From Lama guanicoe (Eukaryota): DNA of 64,000 nucleotides. The notes below the pieces were generated by a model. The model had not been told where the DNA came from. It saw nothing but the letters and a program-made list of their open reading frames with translations, and searched no databases. Where the stretch lies: NCBI GenBank assembly GCA_013239625.1, contig MU056000.1, positions 9,931,175 through 9,995,174 of the forward strand, given 5' to 3'. This document shows, in pieces, positions 52,121 to 64,000 of this stretch; the first letter of the stretch is position 1; every line of letters begins with the position of its first letter. Made by a program: the position numbers and the translations under genes.

Positions 52121-53861
52121 AATGCAGAAGAGGTAAGTAGATGGGGTGTGAGGACTCTGTGGACAAAACAGTTCCCCAAACTGAGCCATCAACCCAGCAC
52201 AAATGCTGCAGCTGTTTCAAAGGCACCCACAGTATTTCTCACACGGCAGTTCATACCGGTGATGTCAGACTGTTTTCTTAAACAAAAGTGAAATGTGAGA
52301 AGGTGAAAAATTACACAATGGTTGGAAGATGTTTTCTCTTGTTTCAGGAACTGTATTCTTAGCCGACTACATTTTTCTACACCAGGGGGACCTGGATCTC
52401 CCCTGGGTCTGTGAAAGTCCACATTTCTTTACCAAAACCTCCCCATTGGCTCCCTGAGTTCTTGGTTATCTCACCACCCTGTCCTGCAAGTCACTGAGCA
52501 GGGAAAATGACTCACGGCCTCTAAAGAAAACTGAATTCATTGAATTAGACGTTGGAAAAGAGCCTAAGTGAGTCACCGTATTCCTCACCCTGCCTGGGGC
52601 AGCGCCACACCTACATCACTCCAGCCAGAAGAGAAGGAGCCAGGTTTTTAATAAGCTGGTTGGAGAAGGATCATTTACAACAATAATAACCCCCTTCCTA
52701 TGTGCACCTATAGCCGCACCCCAACAACGAGGCATTGCAAAGTTGGACCCCAGAGTACACGCAAAAGAGCAGAACTATGCAAAGCGAGGAGCCCAGCTCA
52801 TATGGCGCTTTTGTACAAATGAGAAAAAGTGGTCCCTGGGGGCAAAGAATTTAGGGAAAGCCCCCCCCACCTCCCCACCCCAGGGCAGAAGCTGCCCACA
52901 GCCTGCGTGCAGAACTGGGGAGGCTGAGGAGTGGATTCGCTCCACTCCCAACTCCTCTCCCCGCTCCTGGGCAGCGAACAACCCCAGGACCACGTGCAGT
53001 GGCCTGAGAAGAAGTAACTGGAACTTTCATGCCTCTCTCTCCCTTTTCCTGGTCAAATCTATCTTTCTCTACATTTACCACCATGGTTCCTATTGCTGAC
53101 ACTTGGTAACACTAATTTTTTTAATTTGTTACCCCCTCCTAATAAATTTGAGGGCTGACAGGTAATGTCTCTTCATCCCACTGGGTCCCTGGCAGGTGCT
53201 CAGCCCCCCACTAAAGGAGTGAATGACTCTGGGAAAGAATGAACCCAGCCTTCCAACAGTCCCATCTCATTTTTCCCTCGCTCTAAGTGGAAAGGAGGTG
53301 ATCTCACCTCCACTGAGGGAAGACCCAACCATCACACATTTCGTTCTCCAGAGCAGAATTCTAGGTTGGAAAGGGGAATTCTTGAACACGGGGACCACTG
53401 TGGCCATGAGATCTGAGTCCCTTGCTGGTGCCATTTTACTTCTGCACTCCTCCTGTTTGGATGTCATTCCAGAGCCAACTCTCTCACCAAGTAGCACCTT
53501 AGACTAGACCATCAAGAAGAGGGGCGCACCCTTTCTAACCCCCCAGAGCCCCCTTACAGAAAGGGAGGGGGCTGCCTTTCTGGCTCCAATGGTCACAGCC
53601 ACCTTTCTTCTTGGGGACGATATTGGAATCAGAGCAGAGCCACCGAAACCACTTACCCAGGGCAGGGCCACTCCCCAGCCTGGCATTATTGGCATCCTAA
53701 CAGGCCACAGAGACAGCTGCCAAATGAACCCACCGCTTTGATATGAGGAGCCGCCTGTCAACGGCCAAGCCAGAGGTCAGAAACTGAAATGTCCGAGGGC
53801 CAGTCCAGCAGTCCCCGTGGTGTCTGTCATTGTTACTATTTGTTGTTGACATTTAATTGTG

Positions 53862-54112
53862 TGAGTCCATTTACATGAAAGATCCAGAATAGGTAAATCC
53901 ACAGAGATGGAGCACAGATTGGTGGGTACCAGAAGCTGGGGGGAGGGGGAAACGGGGGTGACTACCCAATGAATACGGGGTTTCATTTTCCAGTGATGAA
54001 AATGTTTTAGAACTAGATAGAGGTGGTGGTTATATAACATTGTAAATGAGCTAATGCCACTGAACTGTCCATTTTAACATGGTTAATTTATGCTATGTCA
54101 ATTTCAAAAAGC
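53862..54112 (+). mobile_element. Old L1M 3' fragment
   Basis: tccagaataggtaaatccacagaga...aatgccactgaactgt. Confidence 0.8.
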
Positions 54113-54605
54113 AAAAACACAAGCAAAAGCCAAGGGACTTCTATGAGATTTCTGGCTTCACTTGAGAAACCCGAAGATCTGAAGTGCTGGCCTCATCCCC
54201 ACGTGGCAACAATCAGCTGGCGCAGAGCAGCGGCTGCCGAATTGAGGGAGCGGAGCTTGCCCTCCACGTTGTCCTTCACCTGGGCTTCCTCTGAGCTGGT
54301 GACCCCTGCCCCTGCCCACAAGGAAGCTACTGATTTTCCACAGAGACCAAACAGAGTCTCCACTGAGCTGCCATCTTCGGGCACATGTGAGGTGAGATCA
54401 TAAGTCAAGATCTGAGAACGGAGCTGGGGGAGACAAACAGGAAGAGGCCAGGAGGCTGTGACCAGGGAAACAGACACCAGACAAGTGAGGACCAGTGCGT
54501 TCTGGTCACTCTGGCTGGAGCAGCATCTCCTCCACCCTCCCAGCCCCTCTATCCTCTTACTCTGCTTTGATTTCCTTCGCATCTCTTATCACTACCTGAC
54601 TTACT

Positions 54606-55085
54606 GTGCGTGTTAGGTTCCTAGGGCTGTCCAACCAAATAGCCACAGGTTGGGAGGCTCAAACAACAGAGGTTTATTCTTTCACATTTTTGGAGGCCAA
54701 AAGTCCTGAATCAAGGTGTCAGCAGGGCAGCACTCCCCCTAGCGTCTCTAGGGGAGAATCTTTCCTGCCTCTTTCAGCTTCTGGTGGCTCCAGGTGTGTT
54801 CCTTGACTTGTGGCTGCGTCCTTCTAGTCTCTGCCTCTGTCTTCACATCTCTTTCCTCCATCTGTTTCTATAGCTCCCACCTCCCCTCTTCCTTCTCTTA
54901 TAAAGACATCAGTCATTGGATTTAGGGCTCATCCTAAATCTAGGATGATCTCATCTTGAGATCCTTAACTTAATTACATCTGCAAAGACCCTATTTCCAA
55001 ATAAGATCTCATTCACAGGTATCAGGGGGTAGAATTTGGACATAGTTATTTTCAGTGTGGGGGGAGACACAATTCAACCCATGAG
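54606..55085 (-). mobile_element. MLT1C-like LTR
   Basis: ttcctagggctg...taattacatctgcaaagaccctatttccaaataag...acacaattcaaccc. Confidence 0.8.
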
Positions 55086-55996
55086 ACTATGCATTTTTCT
55101 GTTTACTCTGTGACTGATGTTGTGTAAGTGTCATGAGAGTAGGGACTCTGCCCATTTGTTTCCATGTTGGATCCCCATAGCCTAGAACAACGCCTGGCAC
55201 ATGGCTACTCAGGAAGTACTCATAGAATGAAGGAATGAGGCAGCTTGTGCGTGGGATGATGTTGGCTCAAGTCAAGTCAGCCAATAACCAGTCCAATCGG
55301 AAGACACTACAATAGCAATCCAGTGATGAATGTCAGCTACGAACATCAGGTAGACCCCAGGCATGACGTTTGCTCACCATCCATGAGGCATCGGGGAAAA
55401 TGAGGAGGTCTCAAGCCAGTCTAAGAGGTTTGTCATTGAAACCCCAAGCACATGTTGATGCAGATTCCTGGCACACCAGCTCAGGGACACAGAGCCCTGG
55501 TCTGCAGGGGTGGCTGGACAAAGAAGATTTGGGAAGAGTGAAGACTGCCTTCCACCCCCACTGGGGTGTTCGCAGTAATTCCCACCCAAGGGTTTCACTC
55601 CCTGGGGCGAGTGACACTCAGTGTGTGGGCACCAACCACCTGCTTCAGAACCACCTGGGGGGTTTGAGCTAAAACCACACATTCTTGGGTCTCACCTCGG
55701 ACCTTCCCCACCAGATTCCTGGGAGGGATCTTAGGTGATTGCTGAGAACACTAAAGTCAGAGAACCAACGAGCCTCTGTCTCTTGGGACAGCAACCACTG
55801 GGATGTTTCCCCTCCTCAATTGTCAACATCTCACATGATTGCTATTTGCTGGGGCCACTGTCCTCGCATTAGGCAGTTGCCCTGCTCCAATTCCTTACCT
55901 TTGTATTTTCTTTTTCATCCTGCTATCCGAGTTGAAACATAACAGAGACAGCTCTGTTTCTATCCCCTAAACCCTTGAATGGTTTCTCCAGCATCT

Positions 55997-57640
55997 AGAA
56001 AGTAGACACTGCCGGTCGCCTGCCCAACAGCCATTTTTCTCCCTTACTTTGTTCTAGTAGAACCCAAAAGAACTCTGATTTTATTCAGGCATTGAGGGGA
56101 AAATGTGCTCATGGGAAGTGAGCCCCACCCCACCACAGGGACTAACTGTGATGGGTCCTCCATTAGTCATCATAATAACATCACCATTTGCCAGGAATTG
56201 ATTCAGAGAGAGGCAGGTGACCGAGTTCTGTCCAGTGACACATGATGGGCATCTACTGGGAGCTTCTGGGAAAGATTCTTGACCCTGATAAATAGAGACC
56301 AGACACAGGGATCTATATTCAGTATCTTGTAATAACCTTTAATGAAAAAGAATATGAAGACGGGTACATGTACGTACATGCATGACTGGGACGTTGTGCT
56401 GCACACCAGAAATTGACACATTGTAACTGACTACACTTCAAGTGAAAAAGAGAGAGAGAGACCAGAAAGGGGAATTTTCCTATTTCCCCCTTTGTAGCAG
56501 GTGCCTCTCGTTCCCTGTGGCACATCCCTTGGCCCGCCCTGTGATGGGTGTTCTTAGTTACGGCTGTTTGATCTTCTGACCTTCAAACCATTGGTGAGGG
56601 AGGGAGTCCTGCCCTAGGGTTACAGGGCGGCTGAACACCCAGTACCCAACACTGGACAGATGAGATCAACAGCAGTTTATAGTCACATTCACTCACGTCT
56701 GGGGAAGGGGGAGGACACAGCATGCCACGCAGGCTCCACTCAGGAGTAGAGGCAGGGTTTGTAGCACCAAAAGGGTGGGTGCCCCTTGGATCCCCCGGGA
56801 GACTAGGATAGGCTTGTTGGAATAACTCCGTGGCCTGGCAGGAAACTCAAGCCTTTACTCAGGGATAAGCAGCAGCCCGGCCTGGTCCTGGGACAAAGAG
56901 GGTGGTTTGGCTAGCGGACCTGATCTGTGGCAACAGGGTGGGGAGAAGAACCAGCTCTCCCAGCTTCAGATATCGAAGCAGCATGTACTACTGAACCTCA
57001 GTTTCAGGCCTAGCACCACAATGGTGGGCGTTCTTAAATGCTCATCCTCACCCTGAGCTGACAGCCCACACACTGAGCTTCTTTACATCTTGGCGTTTGA
57101 GTCTCCTCTGCGGCTCCTGCCCCCGCACACACCTGCATTCACAGACCTCCCAGCCACTGGGGAACAGAGCCGCGGATGAAGATTCCAGGAGCCTTGTCTT
57201 CCAGGTGGGCAGTCCTGGCCACACTCTGTGTATTTCCCAGGAGGTCCCAGCAGACCTGAGCCCCATGGAGCTCACAGCAGGCAGCTCAGTGGCACAACCT
57301 CGTGTTGGTTTTTCCTCCTTGCCAGTCTCATGTCCCCTGTCCCCCTCACTCCTGCTGCCTGGACCAGCTCCCAAATAAATACTGTCAGGCTCTGCTTTTC
57401 AGGGAGCCCAAAATAATGTCACTTCTCTGTACCCAGATACAGTTTTATGAAGAAATATCTCATACTTTGAAAGGACAAAGCTGAGGAGATAAGCCAACAT
57501 GCTCAGGATGGCAGAGTAGAAATCTGAGAGAAGTTGGGGGCCCCTGGTGACATCTCTGAGGTGCTGACCCCAACCACCTTCTCCTCTCCATTTGAGCCAG
57601 TTTCATTGGAGCATCCTAAGTCATGCCCAAGATGTTTCAG
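55997..57640. mobile_element. Nested cluster: old MLT1 LTR interrupted by an L1 tip (56304-56456), an antisense LTR (about 56540-57020) and an ERVL LTR fragment (about 57020-57412)
   Basis: L1 TSD agagaccaga at 56294-56303 and 56457-56466; MLT1J/K-like sequence resumes after 57412. Confidence 0.55.
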
Positions 57641-59357
57641 AACATCTGTGTCAGTAACAGGCAAAAGAAGCATTTTAATTTTAGACCAGCAAGGCCAGGA
57701 GTCTCATATGTAAGATCAGCTGGCAGTGTCAGCTGTCACAGAACCATCTCTCAGGAATCCTACGGAAGGAGGGCACAGGAGTCCAATAGTGCCATCTGCC
57801 AAAGCCCGTCCCCAAGTCCCAGTATGTGGCGAGAGTAACTACTCACCATAACTGTGGTCATTCTCACTTCGCCTCGTTGTCTTCAGCTGTCCCCTGAATT
57901 TCATTAGCATGAGTCTAGCCACCTAACTGTGGAGGAAATCCTTTGTCAGAGTTGCACAAGCACAATTACAGCCACTAACAACTGAATTTCTCTGGATTCA
58001 GCCACATTCAAGCATCTCAGCTGCGTGTCAGCTACTGCCATGCAACTGGCATGTGGGTTTTGTCCGGACTCTGTAAAACATTAAATAAGACGGAGGCTCT
58101 GAAAACACAGTCCCCTGGTGCTCTCTCTGCTCAGCAATAATGTCAGTGATTAGAGATCTATTTTTACTCTTTGGAAGATACTAATTAGCATTTAGCGGAT
58201 TTACCCCAATTAGGCAAATAGTTGTTTAATGAGAAATCTTCACAAGTTAGACGGTTCACATTACCCTCCCAGAGGAATTAAGCAGACCCCCCATAGAGCC
58301 TGGTGGGGGAGTCAGGACGGGTGTCTCCTATGTATTTAGAGTGATTTACCAGCATGAACAGTTAGCATATGTTGTCAGAGTTTAGCTTGTTCTTTCTTGA
58401 GCTCCTAATGACACCTGCGAAGGTTCTAGGCACTCCTTAGCAGTTGCTGAATTGTCTTGATTGCTGTTCTGTAATATTTACTGAGCACCTACCCTGAGCT
58501 AAACCAGGGGTACAATGACCAATGAGGCTGCCCTGTCTTCCAGCCTTTAGCCTCAGAGCTGTCTGACCCGCAGCAAGACATGGCCCCTCTGTGTCTTGGT
58601 TTCCTCATCTGAAAAATGGGGACAGTAACATCCAGCTTCAAGGCCTTCAGCCTGTGCCGGCACACAGAACCCCACCCTGAGAAGAGCCCTGAACTGGCTT
58701 TCATGCTCTGCTCTTCGCATCTTGAAATTCTTAATACTTTTTAAACAAGAGATCCCACGTCTTTATTTTTGGCTGGGCCCCACAAATTGTTCAGCCCATC
58801 TTGGGGACCAGAAAATATACCCTGCTGAGATTTATAAGGATTAAACAAGGGAATGCATTTAAAGTACGTAACACAAAGCTTCACATAGGAGAAGCTGTCA
58901 AACATGCTATAACCACCCCAACTAGGTAGTTAAATCCAAAACAAATGTGTTTTCTGAAGGCCTCCCACCCACCTAATCGAAGAACAGTTAGTTAAATTCT
59001 GCTTAACTTTCTTTAAAAAAAATTGCTGTGAGTACATTTCTGACCTCAACTTTGAATCTTAATTTTCAAATAATTAATATGGTCTGTTTTATTCCGTCCA
59101 ATCACTTTTGTCAAATGACCCTCCTCTCCACAGCGCCCGTGGACTTGAGCTCTGTGTACCCATAAAGTCCTGTGACCACACCGATCAAGTTACCAAATAC
59201 TTCATTGGTTCTTTCCATTCACTCACTCTTTTTCCTTGAATTGACCAAGTAATTGTCCCAAAATGCTGAGAGAGGTAAACTGCACACAGGGGACAGTAAC
59301 AGGTTAGAAGAGAAGACATTTTTTTCTTACCTCCACAAACTGATCACCTTTGATGTA

Positions 59358-59618
59358 TGTCCACAATCCCTTATCCACAATACTGAAATCTACAAAGCTC
59401 TAAAAAACTGCAAATAAATTTGTGGCAAATAGATCTGATTGCAAAACCAAACCTGGTACTCATGTGGGGCTATCTGTGGTCTGCTTATAATGGTGCTGAA
59501 GGCATGACATAACATATCCCGTATAAGCTAAATTACTCTTTCTAAACTCAAGAGAAAAAAATTTAAACTCTGAAACACATCTGACCCCACGTTTTTGGAT
59601 AAGAGATCATGGGCCTAT
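59358..59618. mobile_element. Tigger/TcMar-type MITE
   Basis: Imperfect TIRs gtccacaatcccttatcc ... ggataagagatcatgggcc, flanked by TA. Confidence 0.6.
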
Positions 59619-59664
59619 ATTCGGTTTACACCATCCTTTCACAGCTTAATCCCAAACCAACAAC

Positions 59665-60198
59665 AACACATTAAGGACAGGCACTGGAACTCAAAGAGGT
59701 ATTTGTACCACAAAATGCTGCGGCATTCTTCACAATAGCCAAAAAGGTAGAAGCAACTCAGGTGTCCATTGACGGATGAAGGAAAAACAAACGTGGTCTA
59801 TACATACAATGGAATATTATTCAGCCTTTGAAAAAAACAGGGAACTCTGACACATACTATAACATGGAGAAACCTTAAGGACATTACGCTAAATGAAATA
59901 AGCAGAGTCACACTGGACAGACAGTAAAAGATGCCACTTATTTTCGGTACCTGTAATAGCCAAATTCATGGAAATAGAAGTAGAATTGTGGTTGCCCGGG
60001 TGTAGGGGAAGAGGGGTGTTTAATGGGAACAGGGTTTCAGTTTTGGAAGGCGAAAAAGTTCAGGAGCTGGTTGGTAGGTGGTGATAGCTGGTTGCACAAC
60101 ATCGTGAACGCACTTAATGCCACTGAACTGCAAACTTAAACGTGGTTTAAATGGTAAATTCAATGTTATGTATATTTTTGCCACAGTAAAGAAAAAAG
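59665..60198 (+). mobile_element. Old L1M 3' fragment
   Basis: ttcacaatagccaaaa...tacaatggaatattattcagcc...aatgccactgaactg. Confidence 0.85.
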
Positions 60199-60570
60199 CC
60201 CGATCCTGGAAGAGCCATGCTTGGTGCATGGGTGCTAAACCCCCTCTCCGCCTGCTCTACCTCCCAGTATCCCTGGCCACCTTGGAGCTAATCATCACCC
60301 TCCACCACCACCTTCATGGAAGCCCTCCAGCCAGAGACTTCAGCTGACCCTCACGTAGCTCAGCTTTCATCGGGCTTCACTTCCTAGTCTCAGGCTGGTG
60401 AACTGGCAACAGATCCATTTCTAGCAGGGCATCAAAGCATACACACGTGTCGTGGCCTCGCCAGCGTCCAGGAACCAGGACAGCCTGGAGACCACCTCCC
60501 TCGCACTGTAGGACTGTGCTAGCATGCAGGAACGAGGAACTGGAGCCTCATCCAGTTGATCTGAACCCCT

Positions 60571-61097
60571 TGTGTATTCGTTTCCTGTCACTGCTGTAAC
60601 AAATTACCATCAGTTTAGCGCCTTAGAACAATACAAATATATCATCACAGAATTCTGGCAGTCAGAAGTCTGAAATCAGTTTCACTGGAATAAAATCACT
60701 GTGTTGGCGGGGCTGCAATCCTTCTGGAGGCTCTGGACAAGAATCGCTTTCCTCGCCTCTTCCAGCTTCTTGTATTCCTTGGCTTAAACATTCCTTGTAT
60801 TCCTTGGCTTAGGGCCCCTTCCCCCATCTTCAGACACGCCAACCTCTGTGTCCATCATCACGTGGCCTTCTCTCTACACTCTGACTCCCTCTGCGTCCAT
60901 CCTCTCGGAGGGACTCTTGTCCTTGTGAGTGCGTCAAGCCCATCCAGATAATCCAGAGTAATCTTCCCATCACAAGACCCTTAATCACATCCACAAAACC
61001 TCCTTCGCCGTGTAAAGTAATAGTTCCACAGGTTCCAGGGATTTCACAGGTTCCATGGACATCCTGGGGGAGGAAGGCATTTGTTCAGCCTACCACA
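60571..61097 (-). mobile_element. MLT1D/E-like LTR
   Basis: tgtattcgtttcctgtcactgctgtaacaaattacca...ttcagcctaccaca. Confidence 0.78.
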
Positions 61098-61639
61098 CCC
61101 CCAAGAAGCCAGCTAAGGCTCACACACAAAATTTGAGAGCTGGAACAAGGGAACAAAACACCTCTGGCTCTTAGTTGCAGATCTGGAAGGTGAGTTCAGA
61201 ACCACGTCCGAGAGAGGGACAAAGATTCGAGTCTGAGACTGGCCCAGTGCATCATCAAAGTGAGGAGGGCTTTGGGTGGCCTTCAGGGCCTGTAGGATGT
61301 AGAGACAAGGGACAGGTCTTCTGTTTCGGGCAATTGGCAAACAACCGAACCCAACATCCTCCCGCTGCCCGGCACCAAGGAGTGATGAACAAAACATGAC
61401 CAACAACTGCTCAATTTCGTAGCCAAATTCCTGAGCCAGTAAGGGATGAACTCGAGGCCAAAAAGAGAAATGAAATGAAAATCAACATAGTAAGCAAGAG
61501 TTGATGCTGGGGTAACTCTGCGGGGCTGAGAGGGGAGCAAGTTTTGGGAACTAAGGAATTTATGTTCTAATGGCTGCACACGGACAGGAGAGGAAGCCTC
61601 GGGTCTGTCCCAGATGGAGAGTTGAAACTGAGGTCTCCA

Positions 61640-63050
61640 GGGTGAGCCAAGAAAAAAATCCGCCTGTTGGCCCAGGATGATGACAAGGAAACTCACCGTC
61701 TTGGCCAGGACTTGGGAAGGGGTCATGATGAAGATTTGGCATTTACTCTGAGTGAAACTGGGAGCTATTGAAGGGTTTGGAGCAGAAGAAAGACAAGGTG
61801 TTAACGACAGCAACAGCAAATACACACTGACCTTAGATCAGAAAAAACCGATGGAAGCAGGGAGCCCAGGAGGAAGACTACACAGTAATCTAGGGAAGAG
61901 ATGCTAGTGCCTCGGGCCAGAGAGTTAGCCGGAGAAGTGGGGAGAAGTGGTTGAAATCTGGATATGTACAAAGATGGAGCCAATGACACTCGCTGATGAT
62001 TACATCCAGAGTAGGAGAGGCAATGTGACGTCAAAGATGATTCCAATACCTTCAGTAATTTTGAGATTTGAGACAAATTTTTAAGTTTGAGATGACTGTT
62101 AGGCATCCTGATGAAGATACCGAGCAGGCAATAGGACACATAAGTAGGAGCAGAGGGACAATGTCAAGGCTGGAAATTAAATTTGGCAGATATCAAGGCA
62201 GGCACACCTTGCAGATACTGAAGGTTCAGTTCCAGACCACCACAATAAAGTCAAAGTTGCAATAAAGCAAATCACACACATTTTTTGGTTTCCCAGTGCA
62301 TATAAAAATTACATTGACACTATACTGTAATCTATTAAGTGTGTAATAGAATTATATCTAAAAAACAATGTATGTATATCAATTTTAAATATTTTATTGC
62401 TAGAAAATACTGACCATCATCTGAGCCTTCAGCAAGTTGTAATCTTTTTTTCAGTGGTCACATCAAAGATCACTAATCATAGATCACCATAATAAATATA
62501 ATAATAATGAAAAAGTTTGAAGTATTTCAAGAAGTACCAAAATGTGACACAGAGACAAGAAGTCAGTGCATGCTATCAGAAAAATGGCACCAGTAGACTT
62601 GCTCAATGCAGGGTTGCCACAAAACTTCAGTTTGTAAAGAATGCAAGTGTCTGTGACATGAAATACAACGAGGCATGCCCATATATAAATGGGACTGAAA
62701 GCCATGGGACTAGCCGAGATCACCAAAGGAGTGGGATAGGAAAGAGGTCCAGGCACCAAACTCCAACATTAAGAGTTCAGAGAGGATGAGGGAACCAGTA
62801 GAGGAGACAGAGAAGAAACTTCCAGAGAGAAAGAAGGAAAATCTGGAGAATGCATGCACTGCAGGCCTGGTGAAGGACTGCTTTGAGAAGAGTGATCAGC
62901 AGGCCAAGTGCTGCTGATAGTGTAAAACAGATGACAACTGAGCATCACCCATGAGATCTGGCAGTGAGGAGATCACTGGTAATCTTGACAAGAGCAGCTT
63001 TGGTGGACTGGTGGGAATGAGAGCCTGTTGGAAAGGGCCTAAAGGCAATG
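61640..63050 (-). mobile_element. L2 relic (split by the Tigger; more L2-like sequence at 63510-64000)
   Basis: gaagggtttggagcag, ttaagtttgagatgactgttaggcatcc, gatcactggtaatcttgacaagagcag. Confidence 0.65.
62199..62681 (-). mobile_element. Internally deleted Tigger1 derivative (Tigger1a-like) inserted in L2
   Basis: Both Tigger1 ends are present: caggcacaccttgcagatact...ccagaccaccacaataaag and gcagggttgccacaaaacttcagtttgtaaa...cgaggcatgccca. Confidence 0.8.
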
Positions 63051-63061
63051 AATGGAAGGAA

Positions 63062-63507
63062 ACAACACAAGTGTCCATCAACAGATGAATGGATAAACAA
63101 AATGTGGTACATCTACACAATGGAATGCTATTCCACCATAAAAAGAAATGAAGTACGGATACACGTGACAGCATAGATGAATCTTGAAAACATCATGGTG
63201 ACTGTAAGAAACCAGTCACGAAGGGCCACATATTGTATAATTCCATTTATTTAAAATATCCAATATAGGCAATCCACAGAGAAAGAAAGCCCCTGGTTGC
63301 CAGGGACTAGGGGAACCTGGAGGCAGTGGGGAATGGGAAGTGACTGCTTAATAGGTACAAGATTTCCAGGTGGAGTTATGAGAAAGTTCTGGAACTAGAC
63401 TGGTAATAGTTGCACAACATTGTGAATATACTTAGCGCCACTGAATTATACACTTTAAAATGGTTACAATGGTGCATTTATGTAGATTTTACCTCAATAA
63501 AAAAATT
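63062..63507 (+). mobile_element. L1MB-like 3' end
   Basis: aagtgtccatcaacagatgaatggataaacaaaatgtgg...acctcaataaaaaaa. Confidence 0.85.
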
Positions 63508-64000
63508 AGGAGAATGGGAGGAGAGAGATGGAAGACAGCAAAAACGGAAATTGTACTGTAAAAAAACAGAAAAATAGAGTGGGAGCTCTAAGCAAGATCA
63601 AGAAAACTGGGCAGACTAATGAGAATGAACAAGTAAAGACAAAATTGATGATTCAGGAGCGAGAGGAAAGAATTGTTGGAGAATGACCTTGAGCAGAGGA
63701 GAAAGGCAAGATCTATCACATGAGGCAGGGTTTGGCCTTTGCCAGGGGCCTGGACATTTCGTCCACGGGAGGAGGTGGGAGGGACAGCATGTGAGCACAG
63801 ACGCAGCCTGTAGGTGGATAGACACGGTGGTGAGGACCTACGGAAGTCTCTCTCTGAGACACAGGGAACACGGTCTTCTGCGGAGACTGAGGATGGGGAG
63901 CAGATGTGAAGTAGTCATCTAGGAGCGGGAGAGTGACTGAAGCAGAGAAACACAGAGCAAGTGCTGCACTTCACTGAGAGCTGCTGATCATTCATTTCCA

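Noticed and set aside
1..64000. Novel multi-gene biological system
   Set aside because: The remaining 60-180 aa ORFs are low-complexity, repeat-derived or of chance length; there is no operon-like or domain-bearing coding content.

Overview
Mammalian genomic DNA, most likely camelid (alpaca/llama/camel). The basis is tRNA-Ala(AGC)-derived SINEs of the Vic-1 type and L1 3' UTRs resembling camelid L1, both recognised from memory. The window is repeat-rich and has no long protein-coding ORF. The only clear gene landmark is a CpG-island promoter at about 30.2-30.7 kb. It carries an RFX X-box, CCAAT, NRF1 and ETS-like motifs, three minus-strand splice donors and a strong-Kozak ATG (MDKP|GT). This points to a gene transcribed leftward, whose 5' introns would cover most of 1-30 kb. 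I could not identify the gene, and the downstream exons are only splice-signal candidates. Sequence beyond about 31 kb looks like upstream or intergenic DNA made of L1, L2, MIR, MaLR/ERV LTRs and DNA-transposon relics. Points of interest: a tailless 33-nt U2 snRNA retrocopy with a target-site duplication (TSD) inside an L1, at a site also hit by a SINE; an intronic cluster of two X-boxes plus ETS and CTCF motifs; two related but independent ERV solo LTRs; and recent tandem duplications. I found no support for a novel multi-gene system. Repeat family names are approximate and need RepeatMasker/Dfam confirmation.
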